DNA of 64,000 nucleotides, from the NCBI GenBank assembly GCA_946549035.1, contig CAMNQH010000007.1, positions 7,739-71,738 on the forward strand, written 5' to 3'. The translations under genes were made by a program, and so were the position numbers. The notes under the pieces were generated by a model that made no database searches, had not been told where the DNA came from, and saw only the letters and a list, made by a program, of their open reading frames with translations. How positions within the stretch are numbered: the first letter of the stretch is position 1; every line of letters starts with the position of its first letter. Shown here piece by piece: positions 44,212 through 53,689 of this stretch. This DNA comes from an uncultured Lachnospiraceae bacterium. Its GTDB lineage: Bacteria > Bacillota > Clostridia > Lachnospirales > Lachnospiraceae.

Positions 44212-45690
44212 TTACTGTTCCATAAATGCAGGCTCCTGGACGGAACTGTTTTCTGCTTTCTCAAAAATACGGATATTGGCGCTGGATAAAGATTCTATGA
44301 TCCGGATTAACTCTTTAAAATCAGAAATCAATTCCCTGGAGCACGTTTCTGCTTTTTCATAAATCCCCTGGCATTCCTGAACATGACCGCTGCGAATAGC
44401 AGATACCATTTCCACTCCATAGGAATGGAACTCTCTGTGTTTACCGTCTATTCCCTTCCAAATCTGAATGACTTTTGGATTTACAGGCTTAAACGTATAG
44501 TAAAAATGCCCGAGGCCGCACTTGGTACAGTCTGTCTGCAAAACCTCCAGCTTTTTGGACTGAGCCATCCCCTTTAACGTAGCAAGCCAATTTTCATGGG
44601 CATTGACAGCGCTGTTTAAGCAATTCAGAATCACTTGGTTATCCAACATATAAAAAGCGTCCCTTGCCATATTTCCCATGATTTTTGTGGATTCGCTCAA
44701 ATGCTTTTCAATGGTTTTTGAGGGTTCCACAAGCTCTGCCATAGACTGGCTGGCGGTTGCTAAGGCGTTAGCGTCTCCTTCCAGATTTTGGCATTGACCG
44801 TTGACATACTGCATCTGATGATCCAATTCGTTCATGGAACTGCTGATCTCCTCGCTGACGGCAGCCAAAGAGGATACCGAATCGGCAATATGCTCCATGC
44901 CGGTGCGATTGCTTTTGGTGATTTCCCATACGCTTTGGATGTTTTCATTGATATGCTCTAATTCCTCTACCGTTGTATCCACACTGTCGGAGCTTTTTCT
45001 GGACGCCTCCTGAATGCTGTTGACAAACGCGCCCATCCGGCCTGTCAAAGATTTCGTCTCATCTGCAAGTTCACGGATCTCTTCTGCTACAACTGCAAAT
45101 CCCCTCCCCGCTTCTCCGGCCCGGGCCGCTTCAATGGAAGCATTCAAAGCCAAAAGATTCGTTTGGGCTGAGATAGAATTAATAGCCGCGATTGCTTCAT
45201 TCATATGCTGTATAATATCCAACAACCCATAAATATCTTCCTTCATGCCTCCTGCCGTAGAAATAGCCGCAGCGGACAATTCCGTGATAGAAGTAAATTC
45301 TGTCTCACACCGCCGAATATCCTCCATAATTTTTCCGGATTCATCAGATACTTCAATAATTGTTGTGGTCAGATTCTCATGGGCTCTTGACACCTCTGTA
45401 GCAATACCCGCCGTAGATTCTGTAGAGCTTCTGATAGCCTCTACTGCTGTGGAAACCGACCTGCTGATCTGATCCGCCGTTTCCACATTCGCTTCCAAAG
45501 CCAAGTCCATGGCGCTCATTTGGATTACCGCGTCCATAGCCTTCGTAACTGCCTGCTCAAATTCTCTCCGTCCACCCATCAAACGCTGATGAATGTCATT
45601 CAGTTCTCCATTTGCAGGTTCATAACTCATATCCACCAGTTTTGAAATAGAATCTATAGCAATTCGAGCTGATTTTCTCCCGATTCTCAT
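44212..45690 (-). CDS. soluble methyl-accepting chemotaxis protein with C-terminal CZB (chemoreceptor zinc-binding) domain
   Basis: Start at ATG 45690 (ATGA overlap with the fur-like stop). The MCP signalling hairpin is present ([37 protein letters not shown]). No transmembrane segments seen. The C-terminus has HENW-x22-CGLGHF-x21-HREFH, which matches the CZB signature. Confidence 0.85.
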   Translation of the reverse strand: MRIGRKSARIAIDSISKLVDMSYEPANGELNDIHQRLMGGRREFEQAVTKAMDAVIQMSAMDLALEANVETADQISRSVSTAVEAIRSSTESTAGIATEVSRAHENLTTTIIEVSDESGKIMEDIRRCETEFTSITELSAAAISTAGGMKEDIYGLLDIIQHMNEAIAAINSISAQTNLLALNASIEAARAGEAGRGFAVVAEEIRELADETKSLTGRMGAFVNSIQEASRKSSDSVDTTVEELEHINENIQSVWEITKSNRTGMEHIADSVSSLAAVSEEISSSMNELDHQMQYVNGQCQNLEGDANALATASQSMAELVEPSKTIEKHLSESTKIMGNMARDAFYMLDNQVILNCLNSAVNAHENWLATLKGMAQSKKLEVLQTDCTKCGLGHFYYTFKPVNPKVIQIWKGIDGKHREFHSYGVEMVSAIRSGHVQECQGIYEKAETCSRELISDFKELIRIIESLSSANIRIFEKAENSSVQEPAFMEQ

Positions 45691-46067
45691 ACTCCGTCCT
45701 CTTCCTTTTCTTTCTGTAAGCACTCGTCACATATGTAATTTATCTTCAAGTCATAGGAAAGCATAGAAATGCCTATCTGGCTTTGAAGTCTTTCTGTCAA
45801 ATCCTCCAATAAGACATCCGATAATTTTCCGCATCTCCTGCAAACCAAATGATCATGCCGAAGTATCTTGTCATAGCGGTCCGAATACCCCTCTACCGAA
45901 ATCTTTCGGATCAATCCCTGCTTATACAAATAAGACAAATTATTATAGACGGTTGCCCGCACAACGGATGGATTCTGTTCTTTCAAAAGCTGGTAGATCT
46001 GCTCTGCCGTCAAATGGTTATTGGAGCGATTAATTATCTCTAAAATATATTTGGCATTTTTTGTCAT
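45687..46067 (-). CDS. Fur-family transcriptional repressor (Fur/PerR/Zur class unresolved)
   Basis: 126 aa. Winged helix ([30 protein letters not shown]), then [10 protein letters not shown] and CDEC metal sites. Confidence 0.9.
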   Translation of the reverse strand: MTKNAKYILEIINRSNNHLTAEQIYQLLKEQNPSVVRATVYNNLSYLYKQGLIRKISVEGYSDRYDKILRHDHLVCRRCGKLSDVLLEDLTERLQSQIGISMLSYDLKINYICDECLQKEKEEDGV

Positions 46068-46090
46068 AGTGACCTCATTTATTTTTAAAA

Positions 46091-46105
46091 TTAGAATAAT
46101 TCTAA
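46091..46105. promoter_or_regulatory. 7-1-7 Fur/PerR-type box TTAGAATAATTCTAA overlapping a TATAAT -10
   Basis: Perfect palindrome 24 nt upstream of the fur-like ATG. On the minus strand it reads TATAAT-TAGAATTATTCTAA. It has the same 7-1-7 architecture as Bacillus Fur/PerR boxes (TGATAATnATTATCA / TTATAATnATTATAA). Confidence 0.6.
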
Positions 46106-46288
46106 TTATAATGTATCACTTTAACATAATTTGTCAATACATATTTTTGTAAGAAAGAAAACCAATTCTTCGCACCCAAATCAGACGCATGAAAGACCAA
46201 ACATTACAAACAGCTCCAAACCGTCGCTGTAGAAGGCCTGAAGCTGTATTTTAATCAAATTTTTCCCTGCCGGAGGATTTCCTTATCC

Positions 46289-47155
46289 TCAATGTACGAT
46301 CTTTTTCGCCAAAAAAGCTGCTGCCGCCCAGGAGATATCCTTCTCAATAAAAAGCTGCTGCTGGACGCGGCGAATCAGCGCCCGTTTTTTCAAAAGCTCT
46401 TCGTAATATTCTTTTTGAAGCTTTTTTTGCCGCTTCCTCCGCTTTTCCCAATAGCTTTCTTTCACTCGTTTCCGGGAAGAAGGCTTTTCTTTACTAAAGC
46501 TATACCCCCGATATTCCTCTTTGGTGGCTCCGAAGGAATGGACCACATATCTGCCGTGTCCCATAGTCTGGAAGGGATCCTGAAAGCTGAAATCCTTGCG
46601 AATGGTATTTAGCACCCAGGCCTCATATTCCGGGTCGTTTTTCATAGCCAAAAATCCTGCGTCTGAAATATGGATTGAAACGGAATTTTTGATCTGAGAG
46701 GGATGCATAGGAATCCTGGAAATTTTATCACGAATATACTGTTTATATTCTTCCAGCGTCATCTCTTCTGGTGTTTTGACTACTTCCTCCGTACCCGAAC
46801 AGCACTGGGAATCTTCGCACCCGCATATTATTTCCATTCCTTTATACACGGCCTCCATATCAGAAGAATCTGATCCTTCCCCGGCACATACCGGCTCTTT
46901 GAGGGCCTCCTCCTCCATTCCCTTAGGCTGCGCCTCTTGTGCCCTTGGGGGTTCTACCTCTGGACAGACGTTCAAAACTGCGCATCTTTGAAACATATTC
47001 CCGGCCTGAGGGCAAGTACATTTGCCCTTCTGATCCTGCTTGTCTAATCCATCCTTTACATATCCCGCAAATCGGGGGCTTGCAGCCGTATGGGATTTGA
47101 TAAAATCCTGATATGTTTTTGTCATATAATTTACATAGATCCTGTTATCCATCAT
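46289..47155 (-). CDS. hypothetical protein (Cys-rich centre, very basic C-terminus)
   Basis: 288-aa ORF with a GGGGGCAG ribosome-binding site. Cys clusters KCTCPQ...CAVLNVCP...ICGCEDSQCC. The tail is SRKRVKESYWEKRRKRQKKLQKEYY. No family recognised. Confidence 0.55.
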   Translation of the reverse strand: MMDNRIYVNYMTKTYQDFIKSHTAASPRFAGYVKDGLDKQDQKGKCTCPQAGNMFQRCAVLNVCPEVEPPRAQEAQPKGMEEEALKEPVCAGEGSDSSDMEAVYKGMEIICGCEDSQCCSGTEEVVKTPEEMTLEEYKQYIRDKISRIPMHPSQIKNSVSIHISDAGFLAMKNDPEYEAWVLNTIRKDFSFQDPFQTMGHGRYVVHSFGATKEEYRGYSFSKEKPSSRKRVKESYWEKRRKRQKKLQKEYYEELLKKRALIRRVQQQLFIEKDISWAAAAFLAKKIVH

Positions 47156-47319
47156 CTGCCCCCTGCCTCTTTATTTGGCCTGCCATTGATATAGAATTTC
47201 TTATTACTATATATCGGCAGAAATGGCCGCCTTTTGTAAGGGAGGCAATGAATCCTGCTGTTTTTGCTATGAATAAATCCTGGCTTGAATCTAATCCTTC
47301 CCTTGCAAATGATCCCTTC

Positions 47320-49068
47320 CTATCCACAATAATCCGCCGCCTGCACGTCCCAATACCGCTTATAACAGCCGCCTTCTTGATACAACTCTTCATGAGTTCC
47401 CAACTGGACAATTTTTCCCTTCTCCAGTACTACGATCCGGTTCGCAATTCTGGCGCAGCCCATACGGTGCGTGACGATAACCGCTGTTTTTCCCTGGCAC
47501 ATACGTTCAAAATGACGATACAGCTCTGACTCTTCCAAGGGATCTATCGCCGCAGTAGGCTCGTCCAGAAACAGAATCCCCCGCTCCCGGTAAATGGCTC
47601 TTGCAATAGCCAGACGCTGCCACTGCCCGCCGGATAGTTCTCTTCCTCCAAATTCACGGGACAGCATAGTGTCCTTCCCCTCTGGAAAAAGCTTTTCATT
47701 CTGAAAAGACAGCCCTGCCTGCTCCATGACGCCCCGGATATCCCTCTCTTTGTCGTAATCCCCTATCACCAGGTTATCCTCCCCTGTCATGTGATACCTC
47801 TGAAATCTCTGGAAAACAGCAGAAATGCTTCCATAACTGCCGCGCTTTCCCGTATCCGTCCCTTCCACCAAAACAGTTCCGTCAGAAGGCTCATACAATC
47901 CCATCATCACTTTCATCAACGTAGATTTTCCGGCGCCGTTTTCTCCCACTATAGCGATGGTTTCCCCTTTTTTTACAGACAAGTTTATGTCCTTCAATAT
48001 CATCTTGGAGGAATCCGGATAGGAAAAACTGACATTCTTTAACTCCAGAGAGCATTCCAGGCAGCCATGAGGTTCTTCCTTACCGCCTTCCTGATGCTTC
48101 TCCGGATAAGCAAAAAACTCTACATAATTCCTGACCGCGCCAAAATTGCCCGCAATCGCTCCCAACTGACCTTCCACAAGTTCTTCCAAAATCCCATACA
48201 TCATTCCCACAGAGGAAAAAATAGCCGCAAAGCTTCCCACCTCAATCTCGCCCCGAAGCAGGGAGCTCACCAGCAGGGCCAACACTTCCCCGTATCCCAA
48301 CAGGGTAATCACAGCCATAGCTTCCTTCCAAAGACTTGCGTTGCGGTCCGCCTCCTGTTCCATATTCAACAATTTCTTTAAAGAATCTTCAAATTTGTTC
48401 CGGAAAAAATAAGTTTTTCCCAAAAGCCGCGTCTCCTTTACATACTCCATGTCAAAGATACAAGACCTATAGTAATCTCTTTTCCTCCGCTCTCTGGCGG
48501 CCCTATCTTCTGCATCTGCATAAATCTTTCCCCGGATAAATTGATTCAGCATTACCGGAAGAAATAATAGTAATAAGGCAAAAACAAGGATTTTATCTGT
48601 CCCATACAGATAGATTCCCATATAAAGGACATAAGGGATATAAGTGGTAAACAGCCCGGTGACATTGGAAACAAATCTTGTGGCTTCCTCCGCCCCTTTG
48701 GAAGCCTTATTTACTCTGTCAAGAAATTCGGGTCTTTCAAATACAATCGGAGACAGGCGTCCCGCTTTTTCATGAAGGCTTGTCATAAATCCGGCCGTGG
48801 TTTTTCTGTTTACGCAATCATAAAAATAATTCAACAGCCCATTGGAGACTTCATCCGCCAAAGTCAAAGCCGCCAGCATAATCCCCCAAAACAACACCTG
48901 ATCTCCCTGGGTTCCTATATGGGCAACGGCATTGAAAAAAGAGGCCATAAGAGTTGTTTTGATCCCGATGAAAAGTCCTGTTGATAATCCAAAAAGATTA
49001 CTTGTGAAAAAAAGCCCGGGAGAGGCCATCACCGCTTTTGGAAAAATAAATTTTAAAATTTTAAGCAT
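47320..49068 (-). CDS. ABC exporter, fused permease/ATP-binding subunit (second of pair)
   Basis: Start at ATG 49068 (MLKILKFIFPK...) behind AAGGAGGAG. Walker A GENGAGKST, signature LSGGQWQR, Walker B FLDEP. Confidence 0.9.
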   Translation of the reverse strand: MLKILKFIFPKAVMASPGLFFTSNLFGLSTGLFIGIKTTLMASFFNAVAHIGTQGDQVLFWGIMLAALTLADEVSNGLLNYFYDCVNRKTTAGFMTSLHEKAGRLSPIVFERPEFLDRVNKASKGAEEATRFVSNVTGLFTTYIPYVLYMGIYLYGTDKILVFALLLLFLPVMLNQFIRGKIYADAEDRAARERRKRDYYRSCIFDMEYVKETRLLGKTYFFRNKFEDSLKKLLNMEQEADRNASLWKEAMAVITLLGYGEVLALLVSSLLRGEIEVGSFAAIFSSVGMMYGILEELVEGQLGAIAGNFGAVRNYVEFFAYPEKHQEGGKEEPHGCLECSLELKNVSFSYPDSSKMILKDINLSVKKGETIAIVGENGAGKSTLMKVMMGLYEPSDGTVLVEGTDTGKRGSYGSISAVFQRFQRYHMTGEDNLVIGDYDKERDIRGVMEQAGLSFQNEKLFPEGKDTMLSREFGGRELSGGQWQRLAIARAIYRERGILFLDEPTAAIDPLEESELYRHFERMCQGKTAVIVTHRMGCARIANRIVVLEKGKIVQLGTHEELYQEGGCYKRYWDVQAADYCG

Positions 49069-49093
49069 ACCGCTCCTCCTTAACCCCCGGGCC

Positions 49094-50830
49094 TCATTGA
49101 TACCATTCCTGCTGGCTGGCATACATTTTTGCATAAATCCCATTTCTCTCCATCAATGCTTTATGAGATCCTTCTTCCGCTACCCTGCCGTCTTCTAACA
49201 CAATAATTTTATCCACATGCTTCACTGCTCCCAGACGGTGAGTGACAAATACGGCCGCCTCGTTTTTACTGAATGCTCCAAGTCCTTGATACATACGGCT
49301 CTCAGCCATGGGATCCAAAGCGGCTGCCGGCTCGTCCAAAACCAAAAGCCTACCTCCCTTTGACGCTTGTATCATAGCTCTTGCAATGGCAAGCTTCTGC
49401 CATTGCCCGCCGGAAAGCTGCGTTCCTTCTTCATCCAGCCTCCCCAATGTTGTATCCAGTCCGTTTGTCAGCTGCTCCACCGTATCCATAAGCCCCATCT
49501 GCTTTAAAACAGCATGGAGTTCCTCTTCTTCTCTCTTCTCATCAAAACAAAGATTTTCCCGCACCGAGACGTCATATTTTGCATAATCCTGCCATACACA
49601 GGCAAACAGACTTCGAATCTCCTGCCTGGTACATTCCTTTCTGTTTTTTCCATTGATTTGGATCTCCCCTTCATAATCCGGGTATAAGCCCAGCATTAAT
49701 TTCATAATCGTAGTTTTTCCCGCTCCGTTTTGCCCTGCAAATGCATAATGTTTTCCAGCGTCCAGCCGAAAGGACACCCCTTTTAAAATATCATGCCCGC
49801 TCCCCGGATAACGAAAACGAACGTTTCGAAACTCCAAAGATTCAAAATTTCCCATTTCCTTCCTTGCAACACGTTCCTCACCCTCCTCCTGCTCCTGGGA
49901 AAGGGCGCAAAACTTCGTCATGTCCTGGATTGCCGCCCGGGCTTTCGCCAGATTTTTCATATGATACTCCAGATTCCAGGTAATGGTATTAATCACGGAA
50001 AAAACTCCGGTAATCACAGAAATATAAAGTCCCGGCGTCATTTTTCCTTCTTTTACCCCAGGCAGCAGTAAAAACATGGCGGACACGGCAAAAAGCGCCG
50101 CCACGACTCCCCCTGTCTTTCCCCGAATCACCCATTTTTTCATCACTGCTTTTTCTTTTTGATATATCTGGGAAAAAATTCGTTGATAGCGCCCGTTTAC
50201 AAAAGGCACGTAAGAAAACAGCGTCCGTTCCAATGCGCTTTCCTTGTTCAGCAATACGCCGCTTAAATATTCCAGCTTTCGTTTTTCATTGGTCACATGG
50301 GTTTGCATCTGGTAATCTTCCCCGCCGGCCCGAAGAGACAGAATTCCCAGCAAAACCATGCCGCCAATCATAAAAACTCCCGCCCACCAAACATTCAAAA
50401 AAACCATCCATAACACAGACGCGTTTTGAAGAAACAGTATCGCCAAGCCCTCCAGACTTTCTACCGTAAGTTTTATATGCTCTTCCGGCGCAAGGGCTAC
50501 CCTTTGAATCAAGTCCTGCGTCTCAGAAAGCTCCAGCTGCCGGTACTCTAGGTTAGAAATCTTCTCCAAAAAGGCTTTTTGCAGCGTTTCTTTTAATTTG
50601 CGTTCCCGCACTCCTTCTCCATATTGCAGGCATGTCCTGGAAAGATTCTGCCAGAGCAAAATAGCAAGCATCCCCATAAGGGCTGGAACCATATCTCCCA
50701 CCTCTGCTTTTTGGGAAAACAGAGCCATAGCCTGATCCACAAAAGCGGCGTTTATCAAAATGGTCAATACCGGAAGCAGTCCATTGATTAAATTGGCCCA
50801 AAAATATATTCCGGTAAAAACCGGGGACAC
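49094..50830 (-). CDS. ABC exporter, fused permease/ATP-binding subunit (first of pair); 5' end uncertain
   Basis: Walker A GQNGAGKTT, signature LSGGQWQK, Walker B VLDEP. The track start is GTG 50830. The frame stays open 22 more codons up to ATA 50896, which has a strong ribosome-binding site (see findings). Confidence 0.85.
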   Translation of the reverse strand: MSPVFTGIYFWANLINGLLPVLTILINAAFVDQAMALFSQKAEVGDMVPALMGMLAILLWQNLSRTCLQYGEGVRERKLKETLQKAFLEKISNLEYRQLELSETQDLIQRVALAPEEHIKLTVESLEGLAILFLQNASVLWMVFLNVWWAGVFMIGGMVLLGILSLRAGGEDYQMQTHVTNEKRKLEYLSGVLLNKESALERTLFSYVPFVNGRYQRIFSQIYQKEKAVMKKWVIRGKTGGVVAALFAVSAMFLLLPGVKEGKMTPGLYISVITGVFSVINTITWNLEYHMKNLAKARAAIQDMTKFCALSQEQEEGEERVARKEMGNFESLEFRNVRFRYPGSGHDILKGVSFRLDAGKHYAFAGQNGAGKTTIMKLMLGLYPDYEGEIQINGKNRKECTRQEIRSLFACVWQDYAKYDVSVRENLCFDEKREEEELHAVLKQMGLMDTVEQLTNGLDTTLGRLDEEGTQLSGGQWQKLAIARAMIQASKGGRLLVLDEPAAALDPMAESRMYQGLGAFSKNEAAVFVTHRLGAVKHVDKIIVLEDGRVAEEGSHKALMERNGIYAKMYASQQEWYQ

Positions 50831-51037
50831 AGAAAAAAGTAAGGAAAGAATTCCAACAATGGTCCACTTTTTGTTATTGATCCGTATCGTCTTTATGATA
50901 TCTCCCCCTCTTTTTTGTATTGACCTATGCTTTCTAAAAGCATATACTTACATTATTCATGAAAACTTTCACCCAAAAACACGTGAAAAACGTGCTGCTT
51001 ACCAAAGGCGCCCAAGGGCGTCGGAACAGAGGCCCTT

Positions 51038-51433
51038 ATGATACATGGAATCGGAACAGATCTGCTAAATATCCACCATATACAACAACTCTATGTGAAA
51101 AATCCCGAAGATATTTTTTTCCGAAAAACCTTTACAGACCAGGAGCGGGCCTTGATTTTTACAAGACAGTCTCCTCTTTACAGCTACGCCACACGCTTTG
51201 CCGGAAAGGAAGCCGTCTTTAAAGCCCTTCGGATTCACGGCAACAGCGTCCGTCTAAATGAGATTGAAATTTTAGAGGACGGCAACGGCGCTCCCACTGT
51301 AACCTTACATGGAGCAGCTTTGTGGGCTGCCCGGCAAAATGGAATTTCCCATATTCATATTTCTTTGTCTTATGATACGGATTATGCGATTGCATATGCT
51401 ATTTGTGAGTGTAACGCCTCGTTTTCTTCCTAA
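51038..51433 (+). CDS. acpS: holo-[acyl-carrier-protein] synthase (4'-phosphopantetheinyl transferase)
   Basis: 131 aa. The MIHGIGTDLLNI start, FAGKEAVFKAL and ISLSYDTDYAIAYAI are the classic AcpS pattern. Confidence 0.85.
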   Translation: MIHGIGTDLLNIHHIQQLYVKNPEDIFFRKTFTDQERALIFTRQSPLYSYATRFAGKEAVFKALRIHGNSVRLNEIEILEDGNGAPTVTLHGAALWAARQNGISHIHISLSYDTDYAIAYAICECNASFSS

Positions 51434-51467
51434 ATCAAACAATCTGAACATTTTTATCCAGTACAAA

Positions 51468-51511
51468 AACAATACCGCCGATCTGAAACTTTTCACATCG
51501 GCGGTATTGTT
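51468..51511 (-). terminator. rho-independent terminator (15-bp stem), mainly serving the minus-strand gene
   Basis: AACAATACCGCCGAT-14 nt-ATCGGCGGTATTGTT. On the minus strand it is followed by TTTTTG. Lies between convergent acpS and 51530..52213. Confidence 0.7.
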
Positions 51512-51529
51512 CCTACGCTCTTAGATCCA

Positions 51530-52213
51530 TTATATGCTATAGTCAAACTTGTTTCCGCTTACACTCTGGGGGGCTGGAATCTTGTTCCAGTCTACAGAAT
51601 GGATTTTTTGCAAAAGCTCTTCTGTGGTCTTGGCTGTTACTCTCGTACGCTTTACCTGTTCTTTGGCTTCGGAAGCTTTTTTCTCTTTTGCAGCCGCTTC
51701 TTGCTTGGCCTCTTTGGACTTTTCAATGCGCTCTCTTTGCTTGTCGCTCATCTTCTCCAGCTCTGCAAAGAAGGATACTTCTCCATCCTTGCCAATGGAT
51801 ACGCCAAGGCGAGCCACCTCTTCGTTTCCTTCTTCCTCCAACTGCTTTTTCATATCGGTAAGCTTTCCGGTAGCCTCATTCAAAAGTCCCAGATACTTCT
51901 CCTTAGACTTGGAATCCGCCGCCATCTCCTCCAGCGTCTCTGTGTCCATGAGTACGCTGTACTCCTTATTTCCCCGGGAAAGATATTCTGCTGCTTCCTC
52001 GTCGCTTTTATAATCCGCCACTATAAAATCCATATTCCCATACATCCGCTTCAGCTCCTGCAAAAGCTTCTGGGCACGGCTTGACAGCTTTACCTGGCCT
52101 GCATCTGCTTTTTCTGCTTTGGAAGATTTCGCCGTTTCTTTCTCCTTCTTCCCCTGCACTGCATTCTCATAATAATTTTGCTGATACATTCCATAACTTC
52201 CTACTTTGTTCAT
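51530..52213 (-). CDS. hypothetical charged/coiled-coil protein
   Basis: 227-aa ORF, Lys/Glu-rich, with no signal peptide or transmembrane segment. Immediately downstream of the AgrC-like kinase. Confidence 0.6.
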   Translation of the reverse strand: MNKVGSYGMYQQNYYENAVQGKKEKETAKSSKAEKADAGQVKLSSRAQKLLQELKRMYGNMDFIVADYKSDEEAAEYLSRGNKEYSVLMDTETLEEMAADSKSKEKYLGLLNEATGKLTDMKKQLEEEGNEEVARLGVSIGKDGEVSFFAELEKMSDKQRERIEKSKEAKQEAAAKEKKASEAKEQVKRTRVTAKTTEELLQKIHSVDWNKIPAPQSVSGNKFDYSI

Positions 52214-52268
52214 GGGTACGCCCTCCTTAGCTCATCTGAATTCCTTTTCTTCTTCTTATTATATCGGC

Positions 52269-53669
52269 TCACGGAAGTTGAAGCATAACCGTCAAAATCA
52301 CCAGTTTTCCATCTTTTCCCTCAGCTGGTGCAATCTCCATCTTACCATAATACTTCTCTGCTACTTCCCGAATATTTTTCAGGCCAAATCCATGAAGCTG
52401 AGGCGTGTTTTTGGTACTTCTAAGAAACCCATTGCTGTCTTTTGGGGAAAAATCCTCCGATACTCCATTGACAATTTTTATCAGCCAGGCATTTTTCACC
52501 TGTCGGGATTCCAGTTCCACAAAAGGCTCTTTCGCAAAGCGCGACGCTTCCAATGCATTCTCCAGTCCATTGCTTAAAATAATGTTGACGTCAAAAACAT
52601 CTAGATGCTTGCAGGAAGGATAAGAAAACCTGGATACAAACCGGATGTTTTGTTCTTTTGCCTGCTTATTTTTTTCATTGAGAATTACGTCGGTAATGGG
52701 ATTCCCCGTAGATATCTCAAATGCCAGTCCATCCCCTGCCTCCTTTAACCTGCTGGTATAGCGCTTTGCTTCCTCATACTGCCCCTTGTGAATCAAACCT
52801 GACAGCGCCTGGGCATGATTCCCCAAATCGTGCCTTACCCCTTGAATTCTGGCATAAATCTGCTCCACCTCTCTGATATGGGACTGCATGTCCATGATTT
52901 GCCTTTGCAGTACGCGCTGGTCCTGCTCCTGTCTCTGCCGCACAAACAACGCTAGAACCAAAAAAATAGCAATAAGGAGAATCACATCGTTCACGCACCA
53001 CAAAAAATCCATCGTTGTGCTGCCGGAAGCTCCCTGCCAAGTGGAAATATGTCCCCAACGATCGTTATAGTGAAACCGTATCAAATGATTCGCAATACCT
53101 AAAAAGGATGGAATTAAAAGACTGCACAATTCCTTTTGATTCAGCTCCCGCTCCCAAAAGGGAAAACATTTTTCCAGCAAACGGGTCAAAACCAAAAGTA
53201 AAACGCATCTCAGGGCCAAATAAAACATCTCTGTCAGACAAAATAAAATGAAAAAAGCCTGCCCGAGGCGCTCATTATTCCCGACTCTGTGAACCAAAAG
53301 CTCTTGGGCTTTATCCGCCGTCACACGATATACATGGACTGCAATTACTCCGCAAATCCATCGCATGGTATCAAAGGTAATCGCCAAATATAATTTCGAC
53401 GCCACCCGGCCGCGATCCAAATACAGCGTCGTTAAAAACGCAGCTCCCATTCCCAGCCAATAGACCACAAACCCATTGAATTCCCAAGGAATATAATACA
53501 GCGCTACCATCGTCAGGAAATAACTTCCTCCAATCAGGCAGCGCTTTTTTTTCTCTGGTACAAAGCTTCGGCACAAGCAAGCAAAAATTCCCGCTGCCGC
53601 CCCATTGCCCAAATGGGTGGCCAACTGAAATACCAAGCTATAGTAGAACTCTATCTGCTGTGCTTCCAT
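52269..53669 (-). CDS. AgrC/ComD-like (HPK10-type) membrane sensor histidine kinase, GHKL ATPase
   Basis: 466 aa. Multi-span N-terminus. The H-box RHDLGNHAQAL and the C-terminal ILSNGLENALEAS...GFGLKNIREVAEKYYG are typical of LytTR-partner kinases. Confidence 0.8.
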   Translation of the reverse strand: MEAQQIEFYYSLVFQLATHLGNGAAAGIFACLCRSFVPEKKKRCLIGGSYFLTMVALYYIPWEFNGFVVYWLGMGAAFLTTLYLDRGRVASKLYLAITFDTMRWICGVIAVHVYRVTADKAQELLVHRVGNNERLGQAFFILFCLTEMFYLALRCVLLLVLTRLLEKCFPFWERELNQKELCSLLIPSFLGIANHLIRFHYNDRWGHISTWQGASGSTTMDFLWCVNDVILLIAIFLVLALFVRQRQEQDQRVLQRQIMDMQSHIREVEQIYARIQGVRHDLGNHAQALSGLIHKGQYEEAKRYTSRLKEAGDGLAFEISTGNPITDVILNEKNKQAKEQNIRFVSRFSYPSCKHLDVFDVNIILSNGLENALEASRFAKEPFVELESRQVKNAWLIKIVNGVSEDFSPKDSNGFLRSTKNTPQLHGFGLKNIREVAEKYYGKMEIAPAEGKDGKLVILTVMLQLP

Positions 53670-53689
53670 ATTACCTATCCCAAATTTCC

